64,000 nt of DNA from a virus: positions 1 through 64,000 of the IMG/VR virus record IMGVR_UViG_3300028822_000042, one strand, 5' to 3'. Shown in pieces: positions 36,401 through 48,000 of this stretch. The translations under genes were made by a program, and so were the position numbers. Under the pieces are notes generated by a model. The model was not told where the DNA came from. It did no database searches and saw only the letters and a list, made by a program, of their open reading frames with translations. Every line of letters begins with the position of its first letter. Within the stretch, counting starts at the first letter, position 1.

Positions 36401-37662
36401 GTCCTAGAATGAAGGTAGTTCCTATGGTTGAGGGACAGCCTATTAGTTCTTTAATGGCAGAGGAAGGTATTTCTGAAGCGAGGCCACTAGAAGATGAGTT
36501 CAAACAATTACAATTTTCAACGGCAGAACGTCTTGCAGGTAGATTAGGTGAATATGTCACTCATGGAATAGAGACTCCGCTTGAATATCTAACTCCTGTA
36601 TCTCCAGCATCAAAACTTATTCGTAAGAGATCTCCAGTTGAAGAATATGTTGCTACAGAAGCTATAGGAACTGGAGCCTCATTCTGGGATAGGCCTGTAG
36701 AGAATTTTCTAAAGCCTGCTTATAACATGGCTAAATACAAAGCAGGTATAGTTGATGTCCCTGAAAACGTAGAAGAAAGACGAGATATTCAAGAATACTT
36801 CGATATGCTGAAGTGGGTTAAAATGTCTCGTCTTGAGAAGAAAGCTCGACAAATAGGTGATGATACAGCTGCTGCTGAATATAGCAAAGCTAAATCCTCT
36901 ACTGTATTTGGTGTAGATGTCTTTAAGAGTCCTGTAAATATTATGAGGGCTCTTCCTCGTCGAGAGAGAGATTTCTTTGGCGAATTTGTTGACGCAAGAA
37001 CAGAAGAAGAGAGAGCACAAATCCTTCAACTCATACCTGAGAACGAGAGAAGAATTTATCTTTCTCAATGGATGAGACAAGAAGAAAGAGCAGCCTATTC
37101 AAAGAGGAATGCAAAGATAGAGACAGAAGAGGACGATAAGATAATAAACATGACTGCTAGAATGAGAGCCTCTGAAGGTTTTTCTTATCCTGAAGGTGCA
37201 GAAGAACAATGGCTTAAAGAGACTGGCGGTCGAATAGAATTTGATGAGTGGATTAGAGAACGTAAAGCAGAAGAATACTTTGAGACTCACTCTCTCCCTG
37301 GAGCAGACTGGCTAGGTTGGCATCCATCAGTGGACCTTGAAGATGTTAAAATGCTCATGGTTGAGCAAGCAGGCCTTGACCACCATGACTTTGATCTCTG
37401 GGGACAGAGAAGAAGAGCCCTTGCACGTAAGCCATATATAGAACCATCTCTCCTTCAAGGTATGACTGAAAGAGCTGAATATGAAGATTCTTGGAAGGTT
37501 GCTGAGAATTCTAGAACTCTTACAAGAATGTTTAATGACCATCAAGCAGAAATATATGTTTCTCAGTTAGATACCCATGGAGATGACAATAAATATGATA
37601 TCCAGGTTAAGGATAGCCGCAGAGACCTTATTGAGAAAGCCTACAGACATCTAGGAGCTTAA
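33481..37662 (+). CDS. Tape-measure-like/ejected virion protein with hydrophobic Gly/Ala helices and a degenerate SNase-like domain
   Basis: 1393 aa right after the chaperones; several TM-like Ala/Gly segments; SNase-like pattern near 36196-36480 lacking catalytic Asp residues; TTG start with AGGAGG SD. Confidence 0.6.
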   Translation: MVKKILAEGEQPGLPGEGFQDNSGSLTALAFGAGGLAATGFIPVGKGRMWDKYLSGIRSVETAFPGAILRTFRTSEFLSPLESWSKLGLAEAELKGAGVYSDYLKTTFGQGIKALDVTRTGSVFGEVRDEAGRLVGMAAQMEAGTLKGSAISDYYARVQGLNLTQYDSLNESLLRAKWKAAKSTLPYNEWVKTLEPHLRRERIILGAKIRNKANLMGLNLELSERMARNVAKAEIAGNILRAKAASTAGRLNNLLTKPLEVPVLGDVLEKIPGLRSMAVRPGTNLQILGRLTAKGAVAGAAWKGLDYVDYLRSEGSIWAAPLSVAGGAAAGAFIARRPGMKFSKGGLIAGAALGLFTSISPRFSEGIFYGAASTTADINLARSELSSTVGITESLQEQEEVTSGLVTPQAALAFGGIGALGVGFADYFSFLGRASKEKLATKEPFFKVLERFREREGNLVSNLWESSLGKKIAKTPILKHLTKIKSAAGLGFVAGLAAWQGITSGLSLLAGNPLAAIPGVPFIGTTETPEELSAVYSGEKDVAVRKGRWWEFGRSTGYEGGRIEYYRPHFLHRLRTRAYQKGLYGSEEEKWEYDPMINPLKALFGSDEWKYHYEKKHQYDRPAPLTGTYGEDIPFIGPLVAATFGKLFKPRKKVRPEEWNLGGGEYVDITDPRGETEPAYGLGGLGPGAPVAPEEGSQLLNQLNYRRREAVGLVGFLEGALTKRAIGREEFFQNKRTLEGMGEETGSEYWLWKHLNLGGGLGTTEAVRRFIPRTPSYLETYNPLKNALPSWMPDDYFLDLKHGNPFKKIPEAEIRLPGEGYATLHPEVEGLSPEEYPLAHRVKILGDVAMWSNEYKSTIRYAKSRLDQFSPEEAQMIQETEEQVRAKKERREFSPYIFGGDQLEEMDVTVSEVLSPRHIKTKEMGDMILEIQGIGAVKNTKEALNFVQQSLEGSKVSVHTPKLEPRRYSSITRGPRMKVVPMVEGQPISSLMAEEGISEARPLEDEFKQLQFSTAERLAGRLGEYVTHGIETPLEYLTPVSPASKLIRKRSPVEEYVATEAIGTGASFWDRPVENFLKPAYNMAKYKAGIVDVPENVEERRDIQEYFDMLKWVKMSRLEKKARQIGDDTAAAEYSKAKSSTVFGVDVFKSPVNIMRALPRRERDFFGEFVDARTEEERAQILQLIPENERRIYLSQWMRQEERAAYSKRNAKIETEEDDKIINMTARMRASEGFSYPEGAEEQWLKETGGRIEFDEWIRERKAEEYFETHSLPGADWLGWHPSVDLEDVKMLMVEQAGLDHHDFDLWGQRRRALARKPYIEPSLLQGMTERAEYEDSWKVAENSRTLTRMFNDHQAEIYVSQLDTHGDDNKYDIQVKDSRRDLIEKAYRHLGA

Positions 37663-37663
37663 T

Positions 37664-40600
37664 ATGTTTGGACAAGATGAACGATCACCTCTATGGGGTT
37701 TAGCTGCTGGCGGAAGTCTTATTGGCGGTGCCGCATATGCTTTTAGTAAAAACAAATCAGCATTTGCTGATGTTCTTAAATCTAATCTAGATGTGGCCTC
37801 TTCAGTGGGGTCTAGAATTGCTGATGCTCCTGGCTTTGTTACAGTTAGAAATATGCCTTCAGCAGTAGGTTCTGTTAGTAGTGAATTGTCTTCACTAGTT
37901 CAGGATCTACCTAAGAGCACAATACGAGACATAGAACAACTTACATACAGATCTATCATGGCAGGCAAAACAGCAACCCATGAAGAAGCATTGTCAGCTT
38001 TGTCTGTAGTTAGAAAACAGGGATCTCCTCTAGAAGCATATGAAGCAGCAGTTGAGAAAGCTGGAGCATTAGGCGGAGACATAGGAGAGATAGAAAGAGG
38101 AATGAAAGGAATTGGAAGTGTTCCTTCAGAATCTATAGTTAGACGTGCAGGAGTTTCTGAGGGAGGATTTGGTTTTGGCTTTCAATATGAGAAATTTGCT
38201 GATCTTAGTGAAGATGCCCAATCCAGATATACAAGACTTAAAAGCAACCTTGAGTCAGCAGCTGGCAGAAAAATAGATATTAGAGTTAAGAACATAAGTG
38301 ATATTATTGACAATGAGGTTGTAACTACTCCTATGGCTACAGCAGAAATTGCAGGAGAGTCATTTAATATTCCACTTGCTGATACAAAATATACTTATGG
38401 AGGCAAAGGATATACTGCTAGATACGCAACTAGAGGGGCCTATACTGCTACTGGCCATAAGATGACTTATTCTCAACTTGCTGAACAGACACTTATAGAT
38501 GCTTTGTCTGGCGCACAATCTCATAGAGAAGTTAAGCAAAATTTACTTCAAGCACATCAAACACTGATAGATCAAATGAACTCTAGAGATTCAGATGCTA
38601 GAGCAGCAGCAGTATGGACTCTTCCTGAGCCTGTTGCTCCTTCTGGATCTAAAGCTAGAACACGTATACTTGCACAAGAGGCAATTGCATCAGGCAAGAT
38701 TACAGAGGAAGAAGTAATTAATCTTTTAGGACATGGCTTCTATGGATACACAAGTCCCTCTGCTGCAGCAAAGGGAACATTAGCTACTCAAAATCTAGCA
38801 ACTGGTCTCTATGGTCCTCTTGGGGCTTTTATGAGTGCAGAGCAGAAACCTACTCAATTCATTAGAGGAGAATGGGGTGTTACAGGAGAAGCTAAAAGAA
38901 GAGCTAAAGCTTTTAAAGGTGCATTCGGACAAGCATACTCTCGTTTAGATAGAAAGATGAAGGGAGAACTATATGACCCTCTAATATATGGTAAAGGAGT
39001 TAATCCCCTATCTGCAGAAGCTTACTCCTCTCCTCAATTACTTACATTTTATGCAAAGCCTGCTGCAAAGAAAGAATATGGTATTGGCTATAAGTCAGGA
39101 GCTCTTAATGAACTTCTTTCAGCAGAAGAAGGAGTTATATCTAAATCTGTTACCGGACAGATGGAACATGAAAGAGTAATTCAGAAGAAGATTGCTCTTG
39201 ATGAAGGTTTTAGAGTTAACAAACAAATCTCAGAACAACTTAAAGATGTACCTCCAGGTTCTGGAGTTTCTCCTGTATTCTTAGGCGAAAATCAGTTTGT
39301 TGGAATAGAGAAAGGCACAGGTAAAGAAATAATAACTAGTAGAGGAGATGCTATTGAAAATGTTGTTGGTGCTGAGATTACTGGGCCTAATGAGGCTAAT
39401 GTTTTTATAAGAGAACGTAGAAGATTGTCAGAAGATGAATATTGGAAGTTCTTCTCAGAAGAGAACAAATTTATGGCTTCTGCTGCTTCTGAAGAGAAGA
39501 TGAGAAAGACTATTAAAGCAGCTGGGGTAGGAGACCTCAGAAAAATAGCTGGTCAGGAAATAGAAGCTGTGTTCTCCGGTAAGCTTGTTGGCAGAAACAA
39601 AATGGCACTTCTAAACCAGCAGATAGAAGCAGCAAGTATGTTTCTTGGTAGAAAGATAGATAGAGGAACAATTGCTTCTCCTGCGGCGCAAGAATTCTTA
39701 GCTGACCCTATAAAAGCTCTCAATGTAAAAAGTCTTATGGCTTCAAGTGCAGCAGATGCTGATTTTCAAATACAGAAGAACTTGGTTGGCTTAACAAGAA
39801 AGTGGGGCTTCTCTGGATTTGAAACACAGTTAACATTTGGTCTTACTGATCTTGATGTAGCAGCTAAGCTTGAGAAACAGACAAACTTTAGAGGCTTTTC
39901 TAGATTAGTTGAGAGAGCACCTGGTGTAGTCGGTCTTGGCAAAATGAAGCTTGGCGATAGAGCAGCTGAAGGTGGAGCTGGAAGAATAGGATCATTTGAA
40001 ACTACAGGTTTTAGAGCCTTGGCGATGAAAGGCGAAACAGGAGAAAGCTTTGCTGCTGAACTAAGAAATAGACTTCTTGGTAAAGGTGATATTACAGAAT
40101 CAGACAGAATGTTTGCCTCTGTTATTGGAGAACAAGGCTTCTTTGATAAGTTTAAACGTAGAGGTTTAGAAAATTTAACAGATATAGATCCTGAAGAACT
40201 GTTTGTTCCTGAAGGTAGAGAAGTTAGTCTTGGTCGGAGGATGAAAGAACTAGGAGGATCCTCTTCTTTATATGTCCCAGGTCTTGAGACATCTCCTGAT
40301 ATAATGGCTCCGTCTATCGTTAAAGGTGAAAGAGTACAGTCTCCAGCCGCTAAAAGCATAATGTCTTTCCAAGGCTCTCTTAGTAAACATGTCGCCGGTA
40401 AAATAGGAGATGAAGAACTTGAGGCTGCAGCTGCCACTCTCAGAACTAATCTAGCTAGAGTCTCAGAGCAGCAAGCATTTGCTAAGAGTAAAGTACTTGG
40501 CTCTAGAGTTCTTACAGGCATCAGAGGAAACTTTGCCAAGGATAGAGATACTTTTAGAATATCTAAATCTGCAGCAGAAGGAATGTTTGATGAGCTTATT

Positions 40601-42049
40601 GACAGAGCTGAATCAGGCGAACAAGTAGATTTCCTTAAGCAACAGAGAAAAGCAGCCATGGAAGAACAGGTTCTTACTGGAGGAATGTGGAGACACCCCA
40701 CTACAGGACCTGAGTCATTTCAGTTCGTAAAATACAAAGTAGATAAAGATCTAGCTGATGGGATGCTAGCTGCTCCTAAAGAATATGGGAAGCTTCATAT
40801 AGAAGGCAAGACTAGACCTGTAGATGTTTCTGCTATGGTTGGGTTTAAAGGTGACTTTGACAGAGATCAATTCGTTATATCTGCAATAGCCGATAGAGAT
40901 AACTCTAATAGAATAGCTAAACAGATAGATCATGGCATGAAAGAACAGTATAACAGATATGTGTTTAATCATTATGCTATGAAAGATTCCATCGAAGGCA
41001 GACTAGGCAAAAGTTCTGTCCTTGATATGACTTCAAAAGAAGCCCTTGAGATGGGATACAAACAACACACAACAGCAAAGACCTCAACTGGTAAAGTTAA
41101 TCTAGCTTTACAAAAACTAAAGATTGGTGTTTCAGCTGCAGCTCCTGAAAAGTATAGACCTTTAGCTGAAATGTTCTGGCATTTAGAAGAAGCGGCTATC
41201 AGTGGCAAGCATGGTGTACTAGAATCAGAACTTTATCAGGCAATTGCTAGTTCGGTTAATAAAGGTGGAGAACGGGGAATTAGAGATATGGAGGCTGTAA
41301 TAAAAAGTCTCATGGGAGAAGCAAGAACAATAAGAGGTGAAATAACTGATTCTTTTGGTAATAGGATTACTCAACAGATTGATTATAATCCAAGACAATG
41401 GGCTGAGACAGCTGTCGGTTCGTTAGATGCTGTTAGAGACGATGTTAATGCTGTTATGCGTTCGGCTTCATTTGCTAAAGGAAATGTAGACGCAAATATA
41501 AAACAGCTTACTGAACAATTCCATGCTAGAAGATCTGGTTCTGTTGATATAGCTCAAAGCCTTATGCAAGGAACAAGTGATGAGTTTACAACTAAAACAT
41601 CAAGAGCAATGAGACGAGGAGCTGTAAGAGCTAAAGGATTTATGTCTGCAGTTAAGAAAGGTTCTAAACCTCTTATGGTTGGAGCTGCAGCTGCTGCAGG
41701 TATTATGCTTATGTCACCTAGCACATCAGGTGTACTTAGAAAACCTGAAGGCTCTGCTGGCGGACGTAATATGCCACCAGAAGACTATGGTCCACCTAAT
41801 GGCGGTCCAATACAACCACCACCACCAGGACCAAATAGATCTCCTAGAACCTATGACATAGGTAGCGGAAACAGAACATCTCATGCTAATATTAGAATGC
41901 GTATTAACGATTTAGATTCTTCATCTAGAGACTTTATGGCTAGTGCTCGTGCCCTATCAGATGGTTCTGGAGTTAGAATTAATGCTAAAGATGACAGAAG
42001 TATCTTAGATCCTAGATTACTCGCTAGTAAGATCCATGAGAGGCTATAG
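37664..42049 (+). CDS. Putative single-chain two-barrel (DPBB) RNA polymerase-like virion protein
   Basis: Beta'-like MWRHPT (R1010) and VGFKGDFDRDQ (D1064/D1066/D1068). Beta-like SAEEGVISKS and VFIRERRRLSEDEYWKFFSEENK (K595, K602). Confidence 0.7.
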   Translation: MFGQDERSPLWGLAAGGSLIGGAAYAFSKNKSAFADVLKSNLDVASSVGSRIADAPGFVTVRNMPSAVGSVSSELSSLVQDLPKSTIRDIEQLTYRSIMAGKTATHEEALSALSVVRKQGSPLEAYEAAVEKAGALGGDIGEIERGMKGIGSVPSESIVRRAGVSEGGFGFGFQYEKFADLSEDAQSRYTRLKSNLESAAGRKIDIRVKNISDIIDNEVVTTPMATAEIAGESFNIPLADTKYTYGGKGYTARYATRGAYTATGHKMTYSQLAEQTLIDALSGAQSHREVKQNLLQAHQTLIDQMNSRDSDARAAAVWTLPEPVAPSGSKARTRILAQEAIASGKITEEEVINLLGHGFYGYTSPSAAAKGTLATQNLATGLYGPLGAFMSAEQKPTQFIRGEWGVTGEAKRRAKAFKGAFGQAYSRLDRKMKGELYDPLIYGKGVNPLSAEAYSSPQLLTFYAKPAAKKEYGIGYKSGALNELLSAEEGVISKSVTGQMEHERVIQKKIALDEGFRVNKQISEQLKDVPPGSGVSPVFLGENQFVGIEKGTGKEIITSRGDAIENVVGAEITGPNEANVFIRERRRLSEDEYWKFFSEENKFMASAASEEKMRKTIKAAGVGDLRKIAGQEIEAVFSGKLVGRNKMALLNQQIEAASMFLGRKIDRGTIASPAAQEFLADPIKALNVKSLMASSAADADFQIQKNLVGLTRKWGFSGFETQLTFGLTDLDVAAKLEKQTNFRGFSRLVERAPGVVGLGKMKLGDRAAEGGAGRIGSFETTGFRALAMKGETGESFAAELRNRLLGKGDITESDRMFASVIGEQGFFDKFKRRGLENLTDIDPEELFVPEGREVSLGRRMKELGGSSSLYVPGLETSPDIMAPSIVKGERVQSPAAKSIMSFQGSLSKHVAGKIGDEELEAAAATLRTNLARVSEQQAFAKSKVLGSRVLTGIRGNFAKDRDTFRISKSAAEGMFDELIDRAESGEQVDFLKQQRKAAMEEQVLTGGMWRHPTTGPESFQFVKYKVDKDLADGMLAAPKEYGKLHIEGKTRPVDVSAMVGFKGDFDRDQFVISAIADRDNSNRIAKQIDHGMKEQYNRYVFNHYAMKDSIEGRLGKSSVLDMTSKEALEMGYKQHTTAKTSTGKVNLALQKLKIGVSAAAPEKYRPLAEMFWHLEEAAISGKHGVLESELYQAIASSVNKGGERGIRDMEAVIKSLMGEARTIRGEITDSFGNRITQQIDYNPRQWAETAVGSLDAVRDDVNAVMRSASFAKGNVDANIKQLTEQFHARRSGSVDIAQSLMQGTSDEFTTKTSRAMRRGAVRAKGFMSAVKKGSKPLMVGAAAAAGIMLMSPSTSGVLRKPEGSAGGRNMPPEDYGPPNGGPIQPPPPGPNRSPRTYDIGSGNRTSHANIRMRINDLDSSSRDFMASARALSDGSGVRINAKDDRSILDPRLLASKIHERL

Positions 42050-42052
42050 TAA

Positions 42053-45000
42053 ATGACAAAGAAGAAAAAACCAACTCGTGAAGAGCACCTAAAGTATATG
42101 AAGACAGACACTTCATCTATACTTGGTAAGTTAGGTTCTTTTCCTGTACGTAGGTTACATCAAGAAAGAGACTATTCTACCTCTCCTCGCACATCACTTA
42201 GATATATATCATCTACGATTGAGAGAAGTCGTCCTTCATTTGATAAAGCAAGAACAACTGGATTTGATTATAATCCAGGTTATGTAATTCCTTCAGACAT
42301 TGAGTTAAATACAGGTTTTAGTGACGAAAGAGAACTTCAGTTAGAGAACGACTTTGCTGAACCTATTAGCAGTGAATCTATTGAAGGCGGAACAAATAGA
42401 CCTGATCTACTAGAGCAAGAAATAGAAGAAGCTATTTCTAAAGATACTAAGCTAGCTACAAAATTTTCTTTTAATACTTTTTCAGATGATTTTCTCATCA
42501 TAAATGATGTCTTTCTCTATAACGTTCCTACAGCAAGTATCTCAATTCGGTCACAAACTGATGTTTTTGTTGGTGAGACACTTAGAACTAGAGCACCTGT
42601 AATCTCTACAGAAGGTCGACAAGATTTCATTTTGAATTTAAGTTTAGTCTTTAATCCTGGTAGAGAACAAACAGAAGATTTACGTAGACTTATATCTGAA
42701 CTATCAAGACATCCTCTTGTCTTTATCTTCAATAACAAAGTTAGAAAGTCAATTGGTGTTGGTGAATTCGACACCACAATGTTTATTCTTGAAGCGGGTA
42801 CACTTAGAAGCTCATCTGAATCTGTAGGTGCTGTAGTACTAGATTTACAGATGCACTATTTCAATCATAAACCTTTCAGCAATAACTTCTTCTTCAACGC
42901 GAAGATGCCCGGTATTTCATATTCTTCTGAGATTGAAGACTCAAAGGCAAGAGAGCCACTTAGTTTAGATAGTCTTGAAGGATATGAGTCGTCTGATTAT
43001 ATTCTTGACCAAAAAGCACAAGATATAAGAGAAAGAATAAGAAAGAGTGTTACTCAAGTTGCAGATTCTAAGACAAGAAATATTCCTGTAAACTTTCCTT
43101 CAGAGTCTGATTCTTGGAAGTATTATGCAGATCATCTTACTGATTTGACTCCTATCATCTCTGAGAAGCCATCAGACTATATGAGCTTTTCTGTTAAGGT
43201 CTTCGAAGTAAAAGACCCTCCTAAAGAAGCAAAACAAGGACTTGGTACGATTCAGGGCGCCTTAACAAGCACAGTTACTCGTCCTTCTGTCAAGTCTATG
43301 TATGATGCTACTAAGCCTCTTCCTGAATCCAAAACATACCAACAGAAAGAGGTAGAGGCTACGTATGATTCTAATGTACAGCCATCTGCTCTTGAAGGCA
43401 CACCTATTGATTTTTATAGTTATGACTCTGGCAGGTCTGACAGTATTATACTTACTGCTTCTCCTGGTGTTGTTCATAGTGATGCCTCAAGTAGACTTTC
43501 TGATTTAATTAATGTTGGGAAGGATGAAGGCGCCCCTGCAATTCAACCTGGATTAATTCTACATATGCAAAAAGTAGCTAATAGATTTCCAGGTAGAAAA
43601 ATTTTAGTTAATTCAGGTTCCAGGTTTCCTAAAAACCCAGAGAAATTCTATTCTAAACCAGTAGAGAGAAGAAGTAGACATGCTACTGGAAACGCCATGG
43701 ACTTTAAGGTTCAAGGCGTATCAAATAGAGAACTTTTTAAGTTCTTAAGAACTCTTCCTAATTGTGGATCAGGATACTATCCTAATTCTACATTCTGCCA
43801 TGCTGATTATAGATCTAGAAAGGATTATTGGGTTGATATTTCTGGCCCGGGAGAAAAATCACATTATCTTAGAGGCCAAGACAGAGCAGATTACCTTAGA
43901 CAACATGTCTATGATGGGTCTGCACAATCAGACAATGTAGAGGCAGAAGCCGACAAGAGAAGTCGTCAGGCTAAATCAAAACCTCATGAGCAACGTAAAG
44001 ATGCTGCCGCTCCTAAATCAAGTGAATACGCTAAACAAGAAGAAGAATTATACAAGAAACAAACAAAACAAGATCCTTCTATTGGACATAAAGTAAACGA
44101 CCCAGTAAAGAGGTCGTGGCAGGCTAGAGCTGATTGGATAGAAAAACTCTATAGAGAAGGAGGTTGGATCTATTATTCAGGAGAAGATAATAAGATAAGA
44201 AATGTATTCTATAAGGAGTACTCTGTAGAAATCTCTTCTGGTATAGATTCAAATAGAGATCCTGACATTCTTAGAAATATTGTTTGTTCTGCAATCTCAA
44301 TTCAGTTTGGTCATAGAATTGCTCCTATGAGATTGCTTAGTCAACATACATACACTTATCAATTTCTTGGCGCTGGTAATAAATCTGGACAAATGGTTTT
44401 TACTTTCTCTGGCAAGAAAGGTCGTGAGTCTGCAGATGCTCTGAAGAGACTAATTATTTTTGCTAGAGATAATGCAAGAAATTTTGGAGGTGTAATCAAA
44501 GAAGCAGGAACTATATATATAAATGGCCTCAACTACAATAATGGAGACACTAATACAATTCTGTCTCTGCTTAATATAGAGAATATCATTATTACAGATA
44601 TTAAGGAGTCTTCTCTTCCGGACTCTGTAGATAAACACCAACTTGTACTTGAGTTTATTATTCAGGATTTTCAAGAAGAGACTTTTGAAAAACTATTTGT
44701 TGAATCTGTTGAGAATAGAAGAAGAATAATAAAACAAATATTTAAGTATCTTACTAGAAACAAATATGGTGTGGTTCCTGTCCCTTCAGTGGCCACCTAT
44801 GATCCATCTCAATATAGACCGTATGTTTTAAACAAGGAGACTCCTTCTTGGGTTTCAAGTATTATTAGCAGAGCGGCTACTATAACTAGAAATATAGAGA
44901 AGCAGATGCCTCCTCTTGACTGGAAGTTAGAGCCTAGATCTTCAAGAACATGGAGAGACATATATGCAGAGTGGGGAGCTGATAAAGTAATAAAGGGAGA

Positions 45001-48000
45001 CTATTCAAATGTCTCTTCTTCAGACTTCAATGCTTCTTCTTTAACTGTAGGTAGAAGTGTGTCTTTGTCTGCAGTTCAAGACCTAACAGAAAGACGCAAG
45101 TTCGAGAGTAATGGAGGATCAGAAACCAACAATACTCATAATGATCTATATAGAGAATGGCTATCACAGATGACCAACCTCACTAAAGAGGTCAAGAAGT
45201 ATATAGAAGACGAGAAGAACTTTGAAAAGTACTTTGGTTCTCTTGGTGATGATTTATTAGATGCTGTTACTCAGACTATGGGTGAGTGCTATGGAGATAT
45301 GCTTCTTCCTAATCTTCCACATGCTAACATTCCCGTACCTCCAGAATTCTATGTCTATGACGACTCAGATGAAAGCCCTATCTTATCCAATATTACAGAC
45401 CCTGCTAATATGGAGAAGTTTTTAAAAGAACATATTAGGAATGAAGTTCAATCTATATCTTTGTACATGAGAGAACGTTGGCTTGGTGGATCATACTTAG
45501 CAAAGAATCTTCCTCGTATATTAGAAAATAGGAAATATTACGATAGACAGATGCAAGGAGAGTTTGATTTTATAGATAATTTTTGGAAGATATATCAAGA
45601 AGGAGCAACAGCTTGGGAACCAATAACATATAAAGAGGACCCTTCTATTGATAACAATTCTCAAGTTAAGAAGTGGAAAGAATTTACTTATGCTGGTATA
45701 GGAGCCACTAATCCTGAAGACGCTAGATTTAAATACATGGAAAGTCTTGTTGGCTTAAGTCAATATCTTAATAAAGGTAGACATTGGCAAACAAGTTATA
45801 CTGAACAAGATAACCGTAACCTAGTGACAAATATATATGGCGACCTGTATGATAAGACATCTTTTGGTCCCAATCCACAATATAACAAAGCAGATGCTGC
45901 ATCTAATGGCAAAGCTCTTCCAGAACGAACACTAACTCAGATACAAGCGATAACAAACCAAGCGTATTCTAAAGTAGCTAAAGACAATAATGTAGCTATT
46001 CCTATTGGTTCTGATAGAACCGCGTTACCAAACGGTGATATTGTTATAGGAGACACGAAAGAAGAAAGATTAGCTGAAGAATACTCAACAAGTGTTGCTA
46101 TGATTAATGCAGCTAAAGAGAGTGTCGATAGGATGAAGAGACGCTCTCAGAATAGCTTATTGGGGTATATCGGTAGTGTTGGTGGTCTTGCTCTTGTCTC
46201 TATGCTTGATTTTACTGACACCTATGATGTTGATGCTTCTGATTTAATATATAGAGGAAATGCTGATGCTGTAAATAGAGCTAGCGCAGCACAGCATATA
46301 TCTAATGTAATTAAAACTTTAGATCATAATATTAAAGAAAACGTAGATGAAACCAACCAAGAAGACAAGATGGCATCTATGTTTGCTGGGATGGCTATTG
46401 GCTCTAAGGCAGATGATCTTAGCATTCGAAGAGCATATCCAACATTTAAAATATATTTTATTGAAGAAGACGCTCAAGATAGCGAAATGATAGATGGGAA
46501 GGTCGTCAGAGCATTTGATGACTTTTACAGTTATTCAGCTATTCAAGAAATAAAGATAACTAGGTCTCGCAAAATAGCTTCTGATCTTGCTGTTATAAGA
46601 ATGACTAATGTTGGTGGTCTTCTTCTAAGACGTAGATTTGGAGATAGAGATCCTAGACAAAATAGTACTGGTGAAATGCAAGGTGTTTTTGCAGATACCG
46701 CTAAAGAGCATCCATTTGAGAAGATGGTTCTTCAAGATGGAGTAAAGGTTCAAATCAGACTTGGTTATGCCTCAGACCCAAGTAATCTAGAGTCAGTATT
46801 TCTTGGTCAGATAGTTGAGATAGCGCCTTCAGAACATGGCAAAATCTTAGAAATAATGTGTCAGGGATATGGAGCTGAACTTGAATCTATTGAACTTGGC
46901 GAGCTAGAGGATGGACCTATATATACTAGCACTCAACAAGCTCTGTCTTCTGCTATCATTCAAGATAGCGTGTCTACATTTGGTAGACAAAGTAATTTTA
47001 ATAGATTCAATCCTGCAGAAATAAGACATGCTTGGACAGGAGGTACTGGAGATAGTATTCTTGGAAAAATAAATCCTGCTACTGCTGTCAGAGATTGGGC
47101 AGACCATAATATGGATAAACACTTCCAGAAGTACACCTTCTTGAATTTTCCTCAAGATGATAATATTTTTGCTCCTCCTCCTTCTGCTTATGCCTCAGCA
47201 TGGATGAGGTTTTATAACAATGCCTGTATCTACAGACCTTTAAAACAAACTCCATGGCAAATATTCAAAGAACATGAACTTAGACATCCTGGATATATTT
47301 CTATGGCTGTACCATATGGACATTCACCTAGAATGACAATGTTCTTTGGTTCAAAGATGCAGCACTATTGGTCTAAACCTCCTTCATCTTTAGAACTATT
47401 TGCGTCTGAGAATGCATATAATGCTCTTGTTAGAATGAGAGGCAAAGTTGCTTCAGGCGATTTTAAGTCTTTACAAGGTTTAATTAGTCGACTGACTAAA
47501 GAGTCAGGAGAAAAGCCTAAGCTTATATCTGCGATGCTTAGAGATATTGCTTTGTCTGGTGCTCCTACAAGAACATCTCAAGCAATTGCTAAAGAGACAG
47601 GAAGATATAAACCATTTAGAAACTATCATTACTTTGATAGCTATCACCATATTTTAAAAAATGAAATTCGTACTTCTACAGATGGAACATTTAATGAAGT
47701 AGAAATACTATTCTTTACTGATGAAGATGATATTCAAGAACAATATGCAGAAGATCTAATAAAAAGCATTCAAAGTCTTGGATCAAAACAGGAAGGTGTA
47801 TTTTCTGTTAAGCTAGATGAAAATATACTTGAAAGTTCACTAAGGTCTTACAGAGAAGAATTTCCGTCATGTGTCACTGTAGATATGGCAAGAAGGTATG
47901 CTCAGGGTATTTTTGCAAGACACCTTAGAGACGCCTATAAAGGAGAGCTTATTGTTCTTGGCAAAGAAACACTAAAGCCATATGATATTTGTTATCTCAA

